Assembly (NCBI GenBank): GCA_951406725.2
Contig: OX597821.1
Location: 22,754,001 to 22,818,000, forward strand
From: Octopus vulgaris
Lineage: Eukaryota
DNA: 64,000 nt
Reading direction: 5' to 3'
Each line of letters opens with the position of its first letter. The first letter of the stretch is position 1. The translations under genes and the position numbers were made by a program. The notes under the pieces were generated by a model. It was not told the origin of the DNA. It made no database searches and saw nothing but the letters and a program-made list of their open reading frames with translations. Of this stretch, positions 24,015 to 39,018 are shown one piece after another.

Positions 24015-26811
24015 CTAGGAAGAAAAAATAAATAAATGAATAATTATCATATATACATCCACACATGCCAACCCACTTTTATTTATTTACTTTTTTCCTG
24101 TTAATTAGCAGTTAATTAATGAACCTGGACATGGAAATTTTTGCAGTTGTAAAGAGGAAACAGATGTTAAAATGATGATGGTGGTGGTGGCAGAGACGGT
24201 GATGATGATCATGATGGTAATGATAATATGATGGTAGTGGTGTTGGTGTTGATGGTAATGATGTAATATTGATGACGATGAGGAGGAGGAGGATGGTGGT
24301 GATGGTGGTGGAGATTATGATTATGTGGTGGTAGTGGCAGTGGTGGTGATGGTGATGATGATGATGATGGCAATGATAACTCCTTAGTTATTAAATCACC
24401 ACCACCACCACCATTACCATCACCATCACCACCACCACCACCACCACCATCATCATCATCACCACCACCACCACCATCACCATCACCATCATCATCATCA
24501 TCATCATCATCAACAACAACAACGTGATTATCATTTTCATCACTTCTGCTTCCGCAACTGCTTCCGCAACTGCTTCCGCAACTGCTTCCGCCGCCACTAT
24601 CTTCATTATCATCATTTTACATTCGTTTTCCATGCCGGCATGGGTTAGATGGTTTGACAGACGTCAACAGAAGGAGGACCATATCTCGATCTTATATGTC
24701 ATGGTTTTATCAGAAGTGCTTAATTTTCTAACTGGTTAATTATAAGTGGTTAAATGTTTAATACAAAGAATTTAATCCAAACAGATAATCTGAAAGAGTA
24801 AGTTAATTTGATAAATAATATAATAAAACATCTGTTATGTAAGACAGATGCAGTATTAGTTTAAAATAGCAACTTGCATATTATACTTAATGCAGATACA
24901 CTGTTGAAAACCTATAGTCTTAAAGACATATGTGTATGTATACATTCTTTTGGTGTTCTAATAATTCTATGATTGTTATATGCTTTAACTCTGACCTCAG
25001 TAACACATTGCTCGTATCATCATCATCATCATCATCATCATTTAACATTCACTTTCCATGCTGGCATGAGTTGGATGGTTTGACAAGATTCCACAAGCTG
25101 CAAGGTTGTACCAAGCTCCAATGTTAGCTTTGACACGGTTTCTATGGCTGGATGTCCTTCTTAACACCAACCACTTGATTGATTGATTGATTGTACTGGG
25201 TGCTATTTATTTATTTTTTTGCACCACTAGCACAAGTAAGGCTACTGTGTAGCTTACAAGACAGAGTAAGAATAAGGAATAAGGAAAAAGCTCCCACTAC
25301 TGAGAGGGAAGTATGGTTATTCAGAATAAAGTATTCTTGTATTGCTTAATGCCACTGTGGTTAAAGCACTGGGCTCACAATCATGAGATAGTGAGTTCAA
25401 TTTCTGGACCAGGCTGTGTGTTGTGTTCTTGAGCAAGACACTTTATTTCACATAGTTCCAGCTCACTCAGCTGTAGAGATGAGTTGTGACGTCACTGGCG
25501 CCAGGCTGTATCGGCCCTTTTGTCTTTCCCTTGGATAACATCGGTGGTGTGGAGAGGGGAGACTAGTATGCTGGGTAACTGCTGGTCTTCCATAAGCAAC
25601 CTTGCCCTGACTTGTGCCTTGGAGGGGAACTTTCTAGGTGCAATCTCATGGTCATTCATGAACGAAGGGGTTTTTACCCTTTACTGGAAAACTTTGTCTC
25701 ATCATCATTTAGTGTCCTTTTTTCCATGCTGGCATGGTTTGGATGGTTTGACAAGAAGAGATGAACCAGAGGGTTCCAACAGGTTCTATATCTGCTTTGG
25801 CATGGTTTCTACAGCAGGATGCTCTTCCTAATGCCAACCACTTAACAGTGTGCTGGGTGCTTTTTATGTGGCACCAGCACCACTGAAGTCACCAACTATC
25901 CACAATATAAGGCCCCCTCAACTGAGCAGGGTACAAACTGGGGGAATAAGAAATTATGATAGATGGAGAGGAGTAAGTGTCTTGTTGAAGAGGTGAATAC
26001 ATATTTTGCCATGGTTTACCCACCTGGAAAGTGAGAGAGAGAAAGAAAGAAATGGAAGGTCCAGGTACAACATGACTATGAGACAGAATAGGATAGAAAG
26101 GCAGAAAAGGTGGAAGTGTAGAAAAGTGCACTGAATGAAAATAGTGTGACAGATGATTAGGAGTAGGGAATGAGTTGGATTCAGAGGATATCAGTTCAGT
26201 GTAAGGGTTAGTGATAGAAACAGGGTAAAATTGCAGACTGATGGAAGAGTGGGTATCAGAAGAAGAGTTGTGCGGGAAGGCTGGGCAGAACCTCAATTCT
26301 GCTGAGATGGACAGAGTTTCTCAAGCACGGCAAAGTGGTTGACGTTAGGAAGGGCATCCAGCTGTAGAAACCAAGCCAAATCAGTCTGGAACCTGGTGCT
26401 GCTCACCAGCTTGCCATCTCTGGTCAAATCATCCAACCCATGGCAGCTTGGAAAACGGATGTTAAAGGATAATGATGATGGTGGTGATAATGATGATGAT
26501 GGTGATGACATATTGCCAGTCCTCTTAGTGCACCATCATTTCCTCTAAGAGGCTCAACATCTTGAGGTCAATCTTTACCACCTTCTCTCATATCTTCCTG
26601 AGTCTCCCTCTTCCACAGGTTCCTTCCATGTATAATTAATGGCACGTCTTTATAACAGTTCTTGATATATTTCTTTGCTTCTTTGATACTATACATCTAA
26701 AAGATACATTATCTCAAGGCAAAAATTACGCTAAACTAGGCTTTTGATGATGTATCTGCTTTAAGTATGATACACACATTGCCATTTAAATATAATGTGC
26801 TATATACTTAC

Positions 26812-26930
26812 AGACAGTGATACAATGATGGTGCAGACGGTTGTGGCAGCCATTCATACATCGAACTAAACTTTCACCTTCCAGCATCTCCAACAGACAG
26901 ATAGGACAGGTGTCTTCATCATCTTTGGAG
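26812..26930 (-). CDS. MAP3K1: MAP3K1 exon, RING/PHD N-half ([29 protein letters not shown])
   Basis: aacAG/GTAAGT; 119 nt, phase 2-1; MEKK1-type RING ligands. Confidence 0.95.
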
Positions 26931-27065
26931 CTGTTAGTTGAAAGGGAGACAGTAAAAGAGAGAAAGAGAGAAAATACAGAAAATAGTGTGACATTGTGCA
27001 CAGTTTATATTATTAGTTATAAGCATCTTCATCATCAATCTTGGAAATGTTAGTTAAAAGTCAGG

Positions 27066-27160
<95 letters not shown>

Positions 27161-28051
27161 CATACGGAAAATAGTGTTACACTGCACAGTCTATATTATT
27201 AGTTATATGCATTTTCATCAAACTTGGAAATGTTAGTTAAAAGTGAGAGAGAGTGTCAGTGTGTATAAATATACACACACACATATACATATATATATAA
27301 ATTAGACATAAAACCACTATTATGCAGCTCAAACATTGATAGACATAAACCAATACATAAATAACAAATAATATATATTTTTATAAAAAAATATATATCA
27401 TTTGTTATTTATGCACTGGTTTATGTGGGATCTGACCATGATTCGTGATATATATATATATACACAAAGACATTGTGAGCAGAATGTGGTGGGTACCATC
27501 ATCAGTGTTTTAATGTCAACTTTTCTATGTCAGCATGAGCCAGGTGGAATTGTTGAGGTAGATGTGCTTCATGTTGTCACCTGTAACTTGTTTCCAAGCA
27601 AAGTAATATCTCCCCCATGGCCATTATTGTTTTTAAGGAAGACTGGATATGATGGACACAACTTGTATGGCAGTGGTACTCATTTACAACTATCATATTA
27701 TGCCAGGACATGGAGACACACACATACACACACACAGTGGTCTTCTTTCTGAAGTCTGCTAAATCTGCTCACAAGACTTTGGTTGACCTGGGGCTATAAT
27801 AGAAGACACTAGCCCAAAGAGGTGCACAGAAAGACTGAATTCAAAACCACATGGTTAAGAAGCAAATTTCTTAACCACGCCACCATGCAACAACAACGAG
27901 TGTGTTTATTCATTTGTGAGTTAGCAAAGCTACCAATAGTTTCATGTAGAAAGAAATTTCTCAACAATTGGTAACTTTGTTAACCTGCGAATAAAGAATA
28001 TTTATCCACCAATGCTGTGGTGAGCACTCATTCTCACCGTTTGATATTAGC

Positions 28052-28090
<39 letters not shown>

Positions 28091-28092
28091 GA

Positions 28093-28141
<49 letters not shown>

Positions 28142-28490
28142 ATACATACGTATGTATGTATGTATGTACACACACACACATATAATTTAAATTTACAGAA
28201 AACAAAATATGAAGCAGGTGTATTAGTTTGACTCTCAGGAAGAATGGAAAAGTCTTTGACATTTTGAGCCTATGTTCTTTGATGGAAAGAACTGAGAAGG
28301 AAAAAAAAAAATAGAGAGAGAATGAAGAGAGATAAAAATGTGTAGGGATATTTTGGTTAGGCATTGCAATACGAATAACCTGAGGTAGGATTCAATATAC
28401 GTATGCTCCTGAATGAAGCAATTTTTGAGTACAGAGCAGTAATAAGAAAAGAAAAGATGACAAAGGAATAAACGATTATCTCACAAACTT

Positions 28491-28569
28491 CATTAGCTCA
28501 CAGCTGTTTCTGCTATAAGATGCATAGTTGAGTTCCTGATTAACACCTTACAGCTTCATCAGAGCAATG
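28491..28569 (-). ncRNA. Hammerhead-like motif with GUG at the cleavage triplet
   Basis: GCU-CUGAUGA-a-GCUGUAAGGUG...CAUCUUAUAGC-a-GAAAC-agcu-GUG-AGC; 11-bp stem II. Confidence 0.55.
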
Positions 28570-28982
28570 TTGTAAAACTTCCCTGCATATCATGTATAAT
28601 AGTAACATCATTTGGTAATGTCTGATGAGGTGCTACTCTGCACTGTTGAGCTATGGACAAATTTATGCGGCTCTTAAATAATTAATTATGCGTAATCATC
28701 TATATGTAATGTGGCCTGAGTGGAATGATACTTAAATCAATGCTGTATCTATATTTTCATTTTCTTCCTTGTCATTTGTGAGTGTGTGTTCATAGTAGCC
28801 ATCTACTAGATCCACTCAAAGGGCATTCATTGGCTTGGGACTATAATAGAAAAAAATTGCTCAAGGATGTGACAAAGTGGGATTGAAACCGAGACCATGT
28901 GGCTGGGAAGCAAACTTCTTAGCCACACCCGTGCCATCACCTTTTAATAGATAAACAAAAACAACAACCGAGATGTACCCAC

Positions 28983-29131
28983 CCAGTGTCGCTCTCGGCA
29001 CGAATGGAGATTTTTTCAGGAGAGTTTTCTGGTTTCTCTTCCAACTGCTTTTTCTGTATGTTTTTAGAACTTCCCTTGTTGACAAGTAACAATTCCCGGC
29101 GGTCGTTGTACATTCGAAACAGGTTCTCCAC
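28983..29131 (-). CDS. MAP3K1: MAP3K1 exon (VENLFRMYNDRR...AESDTG)
   Basis: ccatAG acceptor; the GTGGGT donor gives phase 2, matching the next exon; continues NYE|VENLF like MEKK1 NFE|VESLF. Confidence 0.88.
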
Positions 29132-30286
29132 CTATGGAAGGGCAAACAGAAGACAATGGCATTAAACCATACAAGAAGAACAGTTTGTTTTAACTCAAAA
29201 TAGCCACACACAGAGAAATAAGATCTTAACTAGAACAAGGTCAGAGCTACAACCAAACAACAACAGTCAACACACACACAAACATCTGTGACTTGATTTC
29301 AAGCTATGCTATCGTTTGGTAGTTCTCTTAAACATGAGGATCACAGATGTAGATTTTTAGTCTTCCTAGGCACCTATACACATTTTCTGAACAGATGATG
29401 GGCATCTGCAGCAGGTGTTAAGAGGGCTCAGCACCCATACTAGCACATGTATTCACTCCATCATGGAATTTTCCTTATTTCTTTACTGCCCTCAAGGGGC
29501 TACACACAGAGGGGACAAACAAGAACAGACAGACGGATTAAGTCGATTACATCGACCCCAGTGCATAACTGGTACTTATTTAATCAACCCCGAAAGGTTG
29601 AAATGCAAAGTCAACCTCGGCGGAATTTGAACTCAGAACATAGCAGAGGACAAAATACCGCTAAGCATTTTGCCCGGTGTGCTAACGTTTCTGCCAGCTC
29701 ACCGCCTTTTTCCATTGAGTGTTTTGTCTTTCTTAGTTAAAGCTATCCATAGTATGCAACATACAATAGAGATGTTAAAAATCAAATTATGCCTCTGCTT
29801 GAAGCTTTTTAAAGTGAAGAAAGGCCTTGTACAGAATCATTCCCACTCCCTACAAAATGTGTGCATCTACCCAAAAAAGAACTAACCTACACCATTAGAT
29901 GCCTTCCTTCTCCAAGACAGATATTTAACCTGTTAGCATTCAGAATTCTCTGTCAAATGTAATGCTTATTAATTCACACTGTTTTAATTAAATCATGCAT
30001 TATATAATCATGCTTTGAGATTTTGACAATGTGATTGCTTATATTTAGGATGACATTGTAGGATAGATATGAGACCAGGTCTGGCCAGTTTACTCTTTAC
30101 TCTTTTACTTGTTTCAGTCATTTGACTGCGGCCATGCTGGAGCACCGCCTTTAGTCGAGCAAATCGACCCCGGGACTTATTCTTTGTAAGCCCAATACTT
30201 ATTCTATCGGTCTCTTTTGCCGAACCGCTAAGTGACAGGGACGTAAACACACCAGCATCGGTTGTCAAGCAATGCAAGGGGGACAA

Positions 30287-30337
<51 letters not shown>

Positions 30338-30735
30338 TACGACAGGCTTCTTTCAGTTTCCGTCTACCAAATCCACTCACAAGGCATTGGTCGGCCCTGG
30401 GGCTATAGCAGAAGACACTTGCCCAAGATGCCACGCAGTGGGACTGAACCCGGAACCATGTGGTTGGTTAGCAAGCTACTTACCACACAGCCACTCCTGC
30501 GCCTATTTGAACATATTTAGGTGCGATTTGACTGGTTTAACAGCTAAAGGGTTAAACAAAGACCAAGATTCTCTCATTCCCAGCTGATGGATGGCCATTG
30601 ACTCTCCTGAGTTCAAATTCACCGTTTGATGGGTTTTGTTTATTGTTCTGTAGGGTGTCTAACAAAAATCACCCTCATTTCCAAGTAGGCATGATAGGGC
30701 TGCTGGTTTAGTCACCAATGATCCAACAATACACA

Positions 30736-30769
<34 letters not shown>

Positions 30770-30983
30770 TATGCATGCACACAAAGAGCTTTCACTTAGT
30801 TTCCATCAGCCAAATTCACTTAACAAAATATTGTCTGGTCAAAGAATATTCTAAACAACACTTGTGCAATTGTTACTCTGGTTATGTGCTGCTTTCGATG
30901 CAACGATGCATGCTAACAATTCTACCAGCTCACCACCTTAATAATAATAACAGTAACAACAACAACAACAACAACAACAATAA

Positions 30984-31025
<42 letters not shown>

Positions 31026-31343
31026 TAATAATAATTAAAATTATAATAATAATCCTTTCTACTCTGGACACAAGGCCTAAAATTTGGGGGTAGAGTGCTA
31101 CTCGATTACATCAAACACAGAGGTCAACTGGCCATTATTTCATCGACCTTGAAAGGATGAAAGGCCTATCTTGCTGTGAGGGTAATGAATGAAGATATAA
31201 CAAAGTCAAAGGACAAACAGTGGGAAATTACAAGTTGTTTAGGAAAAATATGGATGAACAAAAGAGAAACATGTCTATGTCCTATATAAGTAGGACAGTC
31301 ACCAAAGGCCATAAATCACGTAAGAAAGAGTAGAAAGACTTAC

Positions 31344-31460
31344 TTCATAATTTTTCAAAGTCTGGCTCCATAAACATGGATCGGTCTCTTTCACTTTAAA
31401 CACACGTAACATGACAAAAAGAACATGGACACAATGAGGGCTGCGACCACAACTGCATGT
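31344..31460 (-). CDS. MAP3K1: MAP3K1 exon, SWIM zinc finger ([21 protein letters not shown]...LKNYE)
   Basis: ttgcAG/GTAAGT; 117 nt; CxC...CxH SWIM motif followed by LFVMLRVF as in MEKK1. Confidence 0.95.
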
Positions 31461-32760
31461 CTGCAATGAAACAACATCAACAACAAATATCATTAGCAAC
31501 ACCATCATCATGATCAATGCCAACACGACTACCAACATCACCATCATCATCATCATCATCATCATCATCACCATTTTAATATCCAGTTTTCCATTCTTGC
31601 ATGAATCAGACGAAATCCGCAGAGGCAGATTTTTCTACAGCCTGATGTCCTTCCTGTTTCCAAACCCAGACCTGTTTCCAAACAAGGTAATATTTCTCCT
31701 CATCTTTTGTGTACGAACAGCACAATAGGCCAGACATGTTTTCACAGAAGATTGCAAACAAAGCACATTACTTGTATGACAGCAATGTTTGTCAACAGCC
31801 ATCATTTGATATATATATCAAGACAAGGGGACATGAACACATATGCACAATAGGCTTCTTCCAGTGTCTGTCAACCAAATTAACTCACAAGGCTTTTGTC
31901 AAATTGGGGCTATAGCAGAAGACATTTACTTCTTGCCCAAGGTACCAGGCAGTGGGACTGAACTCAAAACCACATGGTTTGGAAACAAACTTCTTAACCA
32001 CAGTCATGCTTGTTCATATTAACACTTTGTATTTTCAAACAAAACAATATATATTTATATTCATAAACTGAATAAATCCTTATAAAAAAAACCTGGTGTG
32101 TTCTTATTGAACAATATAAAGTTAAGTGCCTGTTGTCTGAGGAACACATGTAGATTCATAAAGAACCACCAAGGAGGTATTTCATGGCCATAACAACAAC
32201 AACAGCCAGCATGCAATTGCTGTGGTATAGAGGCCTGTCCAACTAAAAGGCAAATATTTATATAGAAATAATGTGTACCACAGCATGTTCCTTGACAACA
32301 CCTCTATCTGCTAAATAGCACTGGCAGAGACCACATTCAAAAACCATCAGTACCAAAACAGCTTTTAGCTATCAGTGCTACCTTGAAAGCATAATACAAA
32401 TGTTTGGAAATGAAAGAATACATACAGCATAAACCTCAAGGCATGAAGGTTAAGTTTTTCACCCCTTGTTTACAGAGAAGTTACACATTGTCAGCCACTT
32501 CACACTAATGCCAAACACAAAATCTGAGCTTATCTCAACTTGCCACCATATACCAAACTTCTTGCTGATTACCATTAAAGCTGAACTATCTCATGTTTAA
32601 CAAAAGAGATTATTTTAGTCTCATTAATGAGTTTAGTCAATTTCCACAAAACCTTTAAGTATTATGAAATAATTTTGTTTACTAAAATGCAGTTATACAC
32701 ATACATACACACACACACACACACATATACATGCACACATGCATTGACACATACTCATAC

Positions 32761-32976
32761 CTGTGGTCCAATGATAACTTTAAACTTGTGTATAGGTGAA
32801 TCTCCACCAATCAGAAAGGAATTGGGACCTGTAAGTTGCAGGAGATATAGTCGAGCTCGTTGTACTTTTTCGATTCTCTTCCGTGTCAGCTCACTGTTGC
32901 TAGTCAGATATGCAGAGATGTTCTGCGAAAGGAGACGGCGATAGGCATATACACCAGACGTTTGTTGCGTTCGAAA
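32761..32976 (-). CDS. MAP3K1: MAP3K1 exon preceding the SWIM finger ([33 protein letters not shown])
   Basis: tttcAG/GTATGA; 216 nt, phase 0-0; the motif closely resembles vertebrate MEKK1 as I recall it ([21 protein letters not shown]). Confidence 0.93.
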
Positions 32977-33459
32977 CTGAAATGATAAGTAAACAGAGAT
33001 GAAATTAAGGTACAACAGTGGCCATACTTGGCCATCACTTCAAATTTTGTCATTTCAAACACTAGTTAAGCTTCCATTGAATAAACCACTTCACAAATGA
33101 GTTAAACAAAGTAAATAACTCTGTTTGCAGTAGTGTGCCTGATTGAAAATCTTTATATCAGAGGTAGACAATATTTTAATAATGGGGGTGAATTGACCGT
33201 GAATAAAAACCTATGAGGATACAAATGTACTGAGAAAAATGATGGAGCTTTCATTTTAAAATTCTTGCATAGATGTGTGGTTAAGGAATTTGCCTTGTCT
33301 TGACATCATGTGATACTTATTAGCAAATGGCACCATCATACAGTGTTATTAATTTCCAATCTTCCGCGAAAACATGTCTGGCCATGAGGAACAAACACAC
33401 TGCTTGGAAACAAGTGAGAGCCGATGAAATGAAGAGCCATTAAAAAATATATATATATT

Positions 33460-33502
<43 letters not shown>

Positions 33503-34647
33503 TTATATATAAAAGTGAAGTTGTGTGTCTGTCTCCTACGATTTAGATTCCTAACTACTCCCACATTTTGCGGTTCAGTTTAACCAAAACCGGGTATCTT
33601 ATAGTCGTAATTCATATCGAGCCCTTCTGGGTATTAGCACGTGTCTACGATGAGTCTGCGATTTTAAAAATAATTTACCATCATTTTTTTCCATTTTAAT
33701 GCATTTTTTCGCTATTATATAAGGGAAGTAACTCTCTAAAAATGTTTACGATGAGTCAACGATTAAAAAAAAAAATTTACCATAATTTTTTTTCCATTTT
33801 TAATGGATGCCCTTCCTAACGCCAACCACTCTGAGAGTGTAGTGGGCGCTTTTACGTGCCATCGGCATGAGGGCCAGTCAAGCGTTTCTGGCAACGACCA
33901 TGCTCAAAAGGTGTTTTTTACATGCTACCTGCATGGGAGCCAGTCCGGTGGCACTGGCAACGACGATACTCAAAAATTGTTTTTCACATGCCACCAGCAC
34001 ATGTGCTGGTAAAGCAACGCTGGCAACAATCACACACAATCTGTGGCCCTGGCAACAATCACGCTCGGATATGCTTTTAACGTTCCACAGGCATGAGTGC
34101 CAATCAGGTGGTACTGTCATCGGCCATGTCAGTGATTTTGATTTGATTTCACTTGCCTTAATAGGTCTTTGCAAGCAAAGTTTATAGCCCAATGAATGAG
34201 GAATACTCATAAGTGGGCTGGTTACACTCCACGCTTGGATGTGCTTTAATGTTCCACTGGCACATGTGCCAAACAGGCGGTATTGTAATCGGCCATGTCA
34301 GCGATATATATATATATCACAAGATCACGTGACCGACCAGTCCATCAGATGTGGTTACACATCACTGGTCACAATGCGTTCGCATTGTTTTAGCCTTCGA
34401 ATGATGCCACCCCGCTGGCTAAGCGAGCAGGCCAACAGAAGAAAGAGTGGTGAAAGAATACAGCAAGGATCACCACCCCCTGCCGGAGCTTTTAGGTGTT
34501 TTCGTTCAATAAACACTCACAACGCCCGGTCTGGGAATTGAAACCGCGATCCTACGACCGCGAGTCTGCTGCCCTGACCACTGGGCCATTGCGCCTCCAC
34601 ACACACACACACACATACACACACACACACATACACACATACATACA

Positions 34648-34683
<36 letters not shown>

Positions 34684-35471
34684 TATGACAAAATTCTTTC
34701 AATTTCCATCTGTTGAAATTCCCTCACAAGGATTGGTGAGTCTGTGGCTATAGTAGAAACACTTGCCCAAGGTGTACAAGTAAAACCAAGACCATGTGGT
34801 TGGGAAGCAAACTTCTTACCACACAGTCACCACACTTGTGCCATACCAAGAAAATTCATTTCATCATAAATTTGCAAAGTATCTCCAACGATAACATCAA
34901 CCCAGTAACCAATTTTAGCCTATAAAAGAGCTCTAGTTCATTAATTAAGCTTATCCGTCTTCATTTTAGATCTGACTATGGATTTAAAGAATCAAAACAG
35001 GTCAAGATTATCTGAACAAAATAATTAATGAACAGTAATTAATTAACATGCTGGACAAAATTCATCTTGGTTGCTTCTCTCTGTAGTTATATCACAACAA
35101 ACCACGAGAGACAGGATAAATAAAATGGACAGGAAATTAGATAGAACATGTCCAGACAGACTGGTCAAACGAGATGATCATCAGACTGTATTTACCATTC
35201 TATATGTCAAGGTATGTTTTATAATCCTTTTTATTTTTAATCTTTTACCATGTTTCAATCATTGGACAGCTGCCATGCTGGGACACCACCTTGAATGATT
35301 TGGCTGAACAAACTGACCCATAGCATTTTTGTGTTTTAAAGCCTGGTGCTTATTCTATCAGCCTCTTTTAGCTGAACTGTTAAGTTATAGGGACATAAAC
35401 AAACTCACACCGATTGTCAAGAGGGACAACCACAAAGACACACACACATAGATATATATATAGATAGATAG

Positions 35472-35566
<95 letters not shown>

Positions 35567-38326
35567 CACACACACATACATATATACATACATACATACA
35601 TAAATATATACATACATAAGAAGTCCTTCATATACACAAATATACATATGTATATATGTGTATATGAAGGGCTTCTTTCAGTTTCCGTCCACCAAATCCA
35701 CTTACAAGTGGATTAAACTGAGGCTATAGTAGAAGACACTTGCCCAAAGTGCCATGCAGTGGGACTGGAGCTGGAACCATGTGGCTAGGAAGTAGACTTG
35801 CTACCACACAGTCACATGTTAAAACTATCAGAACACCTTGGTGTTATTATTATCCTCCATATAGAAGGGTAGTAGTAGAGACTGCAAAAAATAGCAGGCA
35901 AATCACCCTTCAATCATACCTTATTGTTTTCTTACAATGGAAGCACTCCGTCGGTTACGACGATGAGGGTTCCGGTTGATCCGAATCAACGGAACAGCCT
36001 GCTCGTGAAATTAACGTGTAAGTGGCTGAGCACTCCACAGACACGTGCACCCTTAATGTAGTTCTCGGGGATATTCAGCGTGACACAGAGAGTGACAAGG
36101 CCGGCCCCTTGAAATACAGGTACAACAGAAACAGGAAGTAAGAGTGAGAGAAAGTTGTGGTGAAAGAGTACAGCAGGGATCACCACCATCCCCTGCTGGA
36201 GCCTCGTGGAGCTTTTAGGTGTTTTTGCTCAATGAACACTCACAACGCCCGGTCTGGGAATCGAAACCGTGATCCTATGACCGCAAGTCCGCTGCCCTAA
36301 CCACTGGGCCATTGCGCCTCCACACCTTATTGTTTAAAAGAAATTAAACAGAAAAGTACATGTTCGAGAAATGTTGTTCCAGATGAAATGTATCTGGAAA
36401 CAAAACAGACTAGATAGTCATATCTGGAATGTTTTTATCAAAAATTAGCTTGATCAAGGTTGACATAGGGCTGGAGGAGAGGAAAAGAGGAGGAAGAGAA
36501 GGATAATATAAAGAAGTAAGATAAGAGAGAGAGGGAGGAGGATGAGGAAACAATATCTAAGTAATCCTTTGTATCAAAGATGGGATAGTCATGGATGGAA
36601 AGGCAGTTATAAATTTGTTTGATCAGCTCTGTTTCTTTCCGAGAGTTTATTGAGAGTTCATCAGTAGATAATTTCAAATATGTGGAAGATATCTAACTTG
36701 CAATCAAAGGGAGGGGGTTTATTATATCTGCTCTACATGGTCACTAACCCTGCAAGAAATAAGAGTCAAATCTTGCTGTAATGGAGCTGGAAAAGACAGA
36801 ATAGTAAAGCTGGCATGTCAGGGTGGGACCCCAAGTTATGGGATAAGCAGAGTTTCCATCCATCCAATTTCACTCACAAGGTATGGATCAACTTCAGGCT
36901 GCAGAAAATGACACTGTGGTTCCTAGAACATCAACACTAACTACACTAACCACCAGAACCACCACAACAATAACAACTACAACAGCAACAAGCAGCTCCT
37001 CAACAACCACTGCCTCTACAACCCACCAACACCACTTAAACAGTCACCACCAAAACTAGAACAACAATGACTGATGATGATGATCGTCATCATCGTCATC
37101 ATCATCATCATCGTTGTCGTTGTCATCATCATCGTCATCATCATTATCATCGTCGTCGTCGTCATCATCATCGTCGTCATCATCATCGTCATCATCATCA
37201 TCATCATCATCATGACCACCATTTTAATGTCCATTTGACTATGCTTACATGGACTCAATGGAGTTTACTGAGGCTGGAATTTTCTACAGCTCGAAGCTCT
37301 TCCTGTCACCAACAGTCATCTGTTTCCAAGTAAGGGGATAATTAATTTCCCTGTGGCCAGACATATTTCCACAGAATATTGGAAATGAATTACATTGCTT
37401 GTATGACAGAGACACTTATATACAGAGACAACCCAAACACATTATTTGATTCTCAGTCTGAAGAATTTGTAATAAAGAATTGAATAATATACTATTTGGC
37501 ACTCTGCTTGAAGAATTTCTAATAGGAAATTTCTTACATGTTTATCTAACATGTAAAACCTAATAATTCCTATTAGCAAATGAAACATATGTAATGGTGA
37601 GTAAATCTGCAAATAATATTTGTAGAATTTTCAACTCTAAAATGTACCTCACTTCAATGCAACAACAACAAACTGGATTGTAATACTGGAAGAAGTAGAT
37701 GTGCCTCAAGAGGATACAACTTGGATTTTACTCTGCCTACATAATGTGTGTGTGCGTGTGCATATCTATATATATACATACTAGCACTATGACCCGGCAA
37801 CGCTGGGTCATAGTGCTAGTGCATGCATATACATGATTGGGTTTTGGATAGAAAATTCACAAAAAAGTCACATCTATTGATTTTTTAATGGCTTTGCAGG
37901 GTGACTGGAGAAATGTAAAGATGTGCACGACCACCCTTGGACGGTTTTGAATGACCATAGAAAGTGCGAGCCCTCTAACTGAAAAATTGTGGATTTGTAT
38001 AAAAGACATGCACATGCACACACACACACACACAGACATTTTACCATTTATATAAATAGAGATATTCATATACACCCAACCCATGCCAGCATGGAACATG
38101 GACATTAAATTAAGATGATGGGCTTCTTTCAGCTTCTGCCAAACAAATCCGTCCATCAGGCTTTGATTTGTCTGAGGCTATAGTAGAAGACACTGGCCCA
38201 AGATGCCACACAGTGGGACTGAACCTAAAACTAAATGATTGTGAAGCAAAGTTTTTAAACCACACAGCCATGCATGCACCTATGTTATAAAAACAAATTA
38301 AATACCAAAAGCTCAAAAGTTCTTAC

Positions 38327-38473
38327 TGAGTTGGATGGTGAAAATCTTCGTCGATAGAGAGTTGAAGGTCCATGTGAGAGAGGTCCAGGGTTAACAACTT
38401 GTTGTGTGAAAGGGGACTCTTTGGCCATTTGGGCCCTGCGTCTGAATACTTCACTAACTCCATTAACTGGGTT
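38327..38473 (-). CDS. MAP3K1: MAP3K1 exon (most 5' exon identified; phase 0-0; NPVNGVSEVFRRRAQMAKESPF...RRRFSPSNS)
   Basis: ttttcacAG acceptor and GTAAGA donor; 147 nt open in phase 0, joining the next exon in frame. In-frame ATG (caaATGG) at 38428. The frame differs from ORF 38323..38517 in the track. No domain homology recognised. Confidence 0.6.
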
Positions 38474-38678
38474 CTGTGAAAAATATATAAAAAAGGAATT
38501 GAAAAAAAAGGAAACACATATTTGCTACAAATGTATAAAAGCTACTTTGTGTATTGAATACTGCTTTCTACTTGTAAATCAGCACAAACACACATGTGAG
38601 TGTGTATGTATATATGTATGAATTTATATATATAAATATATATACATATATATATATACATATATAAACATATATATG

Positions 38679-38721
<43 letters not shown>

Positions 38722-38969
38722 ATATGTATGAATTTATATATATAAATATATATACATATATATATATACATATATAAACAATTGCAGTGTGGAAGCCATT
38801 TCAAAGCGACAAAAATATTTTGACACAAATTAAATTTAAATATTGAATTGAATCTAATGGATTTTTGTGTGTTTTTTAAATGGGTTATAAACTCCTTCGA
38901 TGCTGCAATTGTTTTTGTTGCAGCACACGATTTCAGATCAAGTCACTTTCTATGCAAGTACATTTCCGT

Positions 38970-39018
<49 letters not shown>

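Noticed and set aside
28622-28650. CTGATGAGGTGC...GCAC hairpin as a hammerhead
   Set aside because: No GAAA or stem III follows
38323-38517. ORF MELVKYSDAGPKW... as the MAP3K1 N-terminus
   Set aside because: It ends in phase 2 at the donor and would hit a stop in the next exon; the phase-0 frame of the same exon is open and compatible
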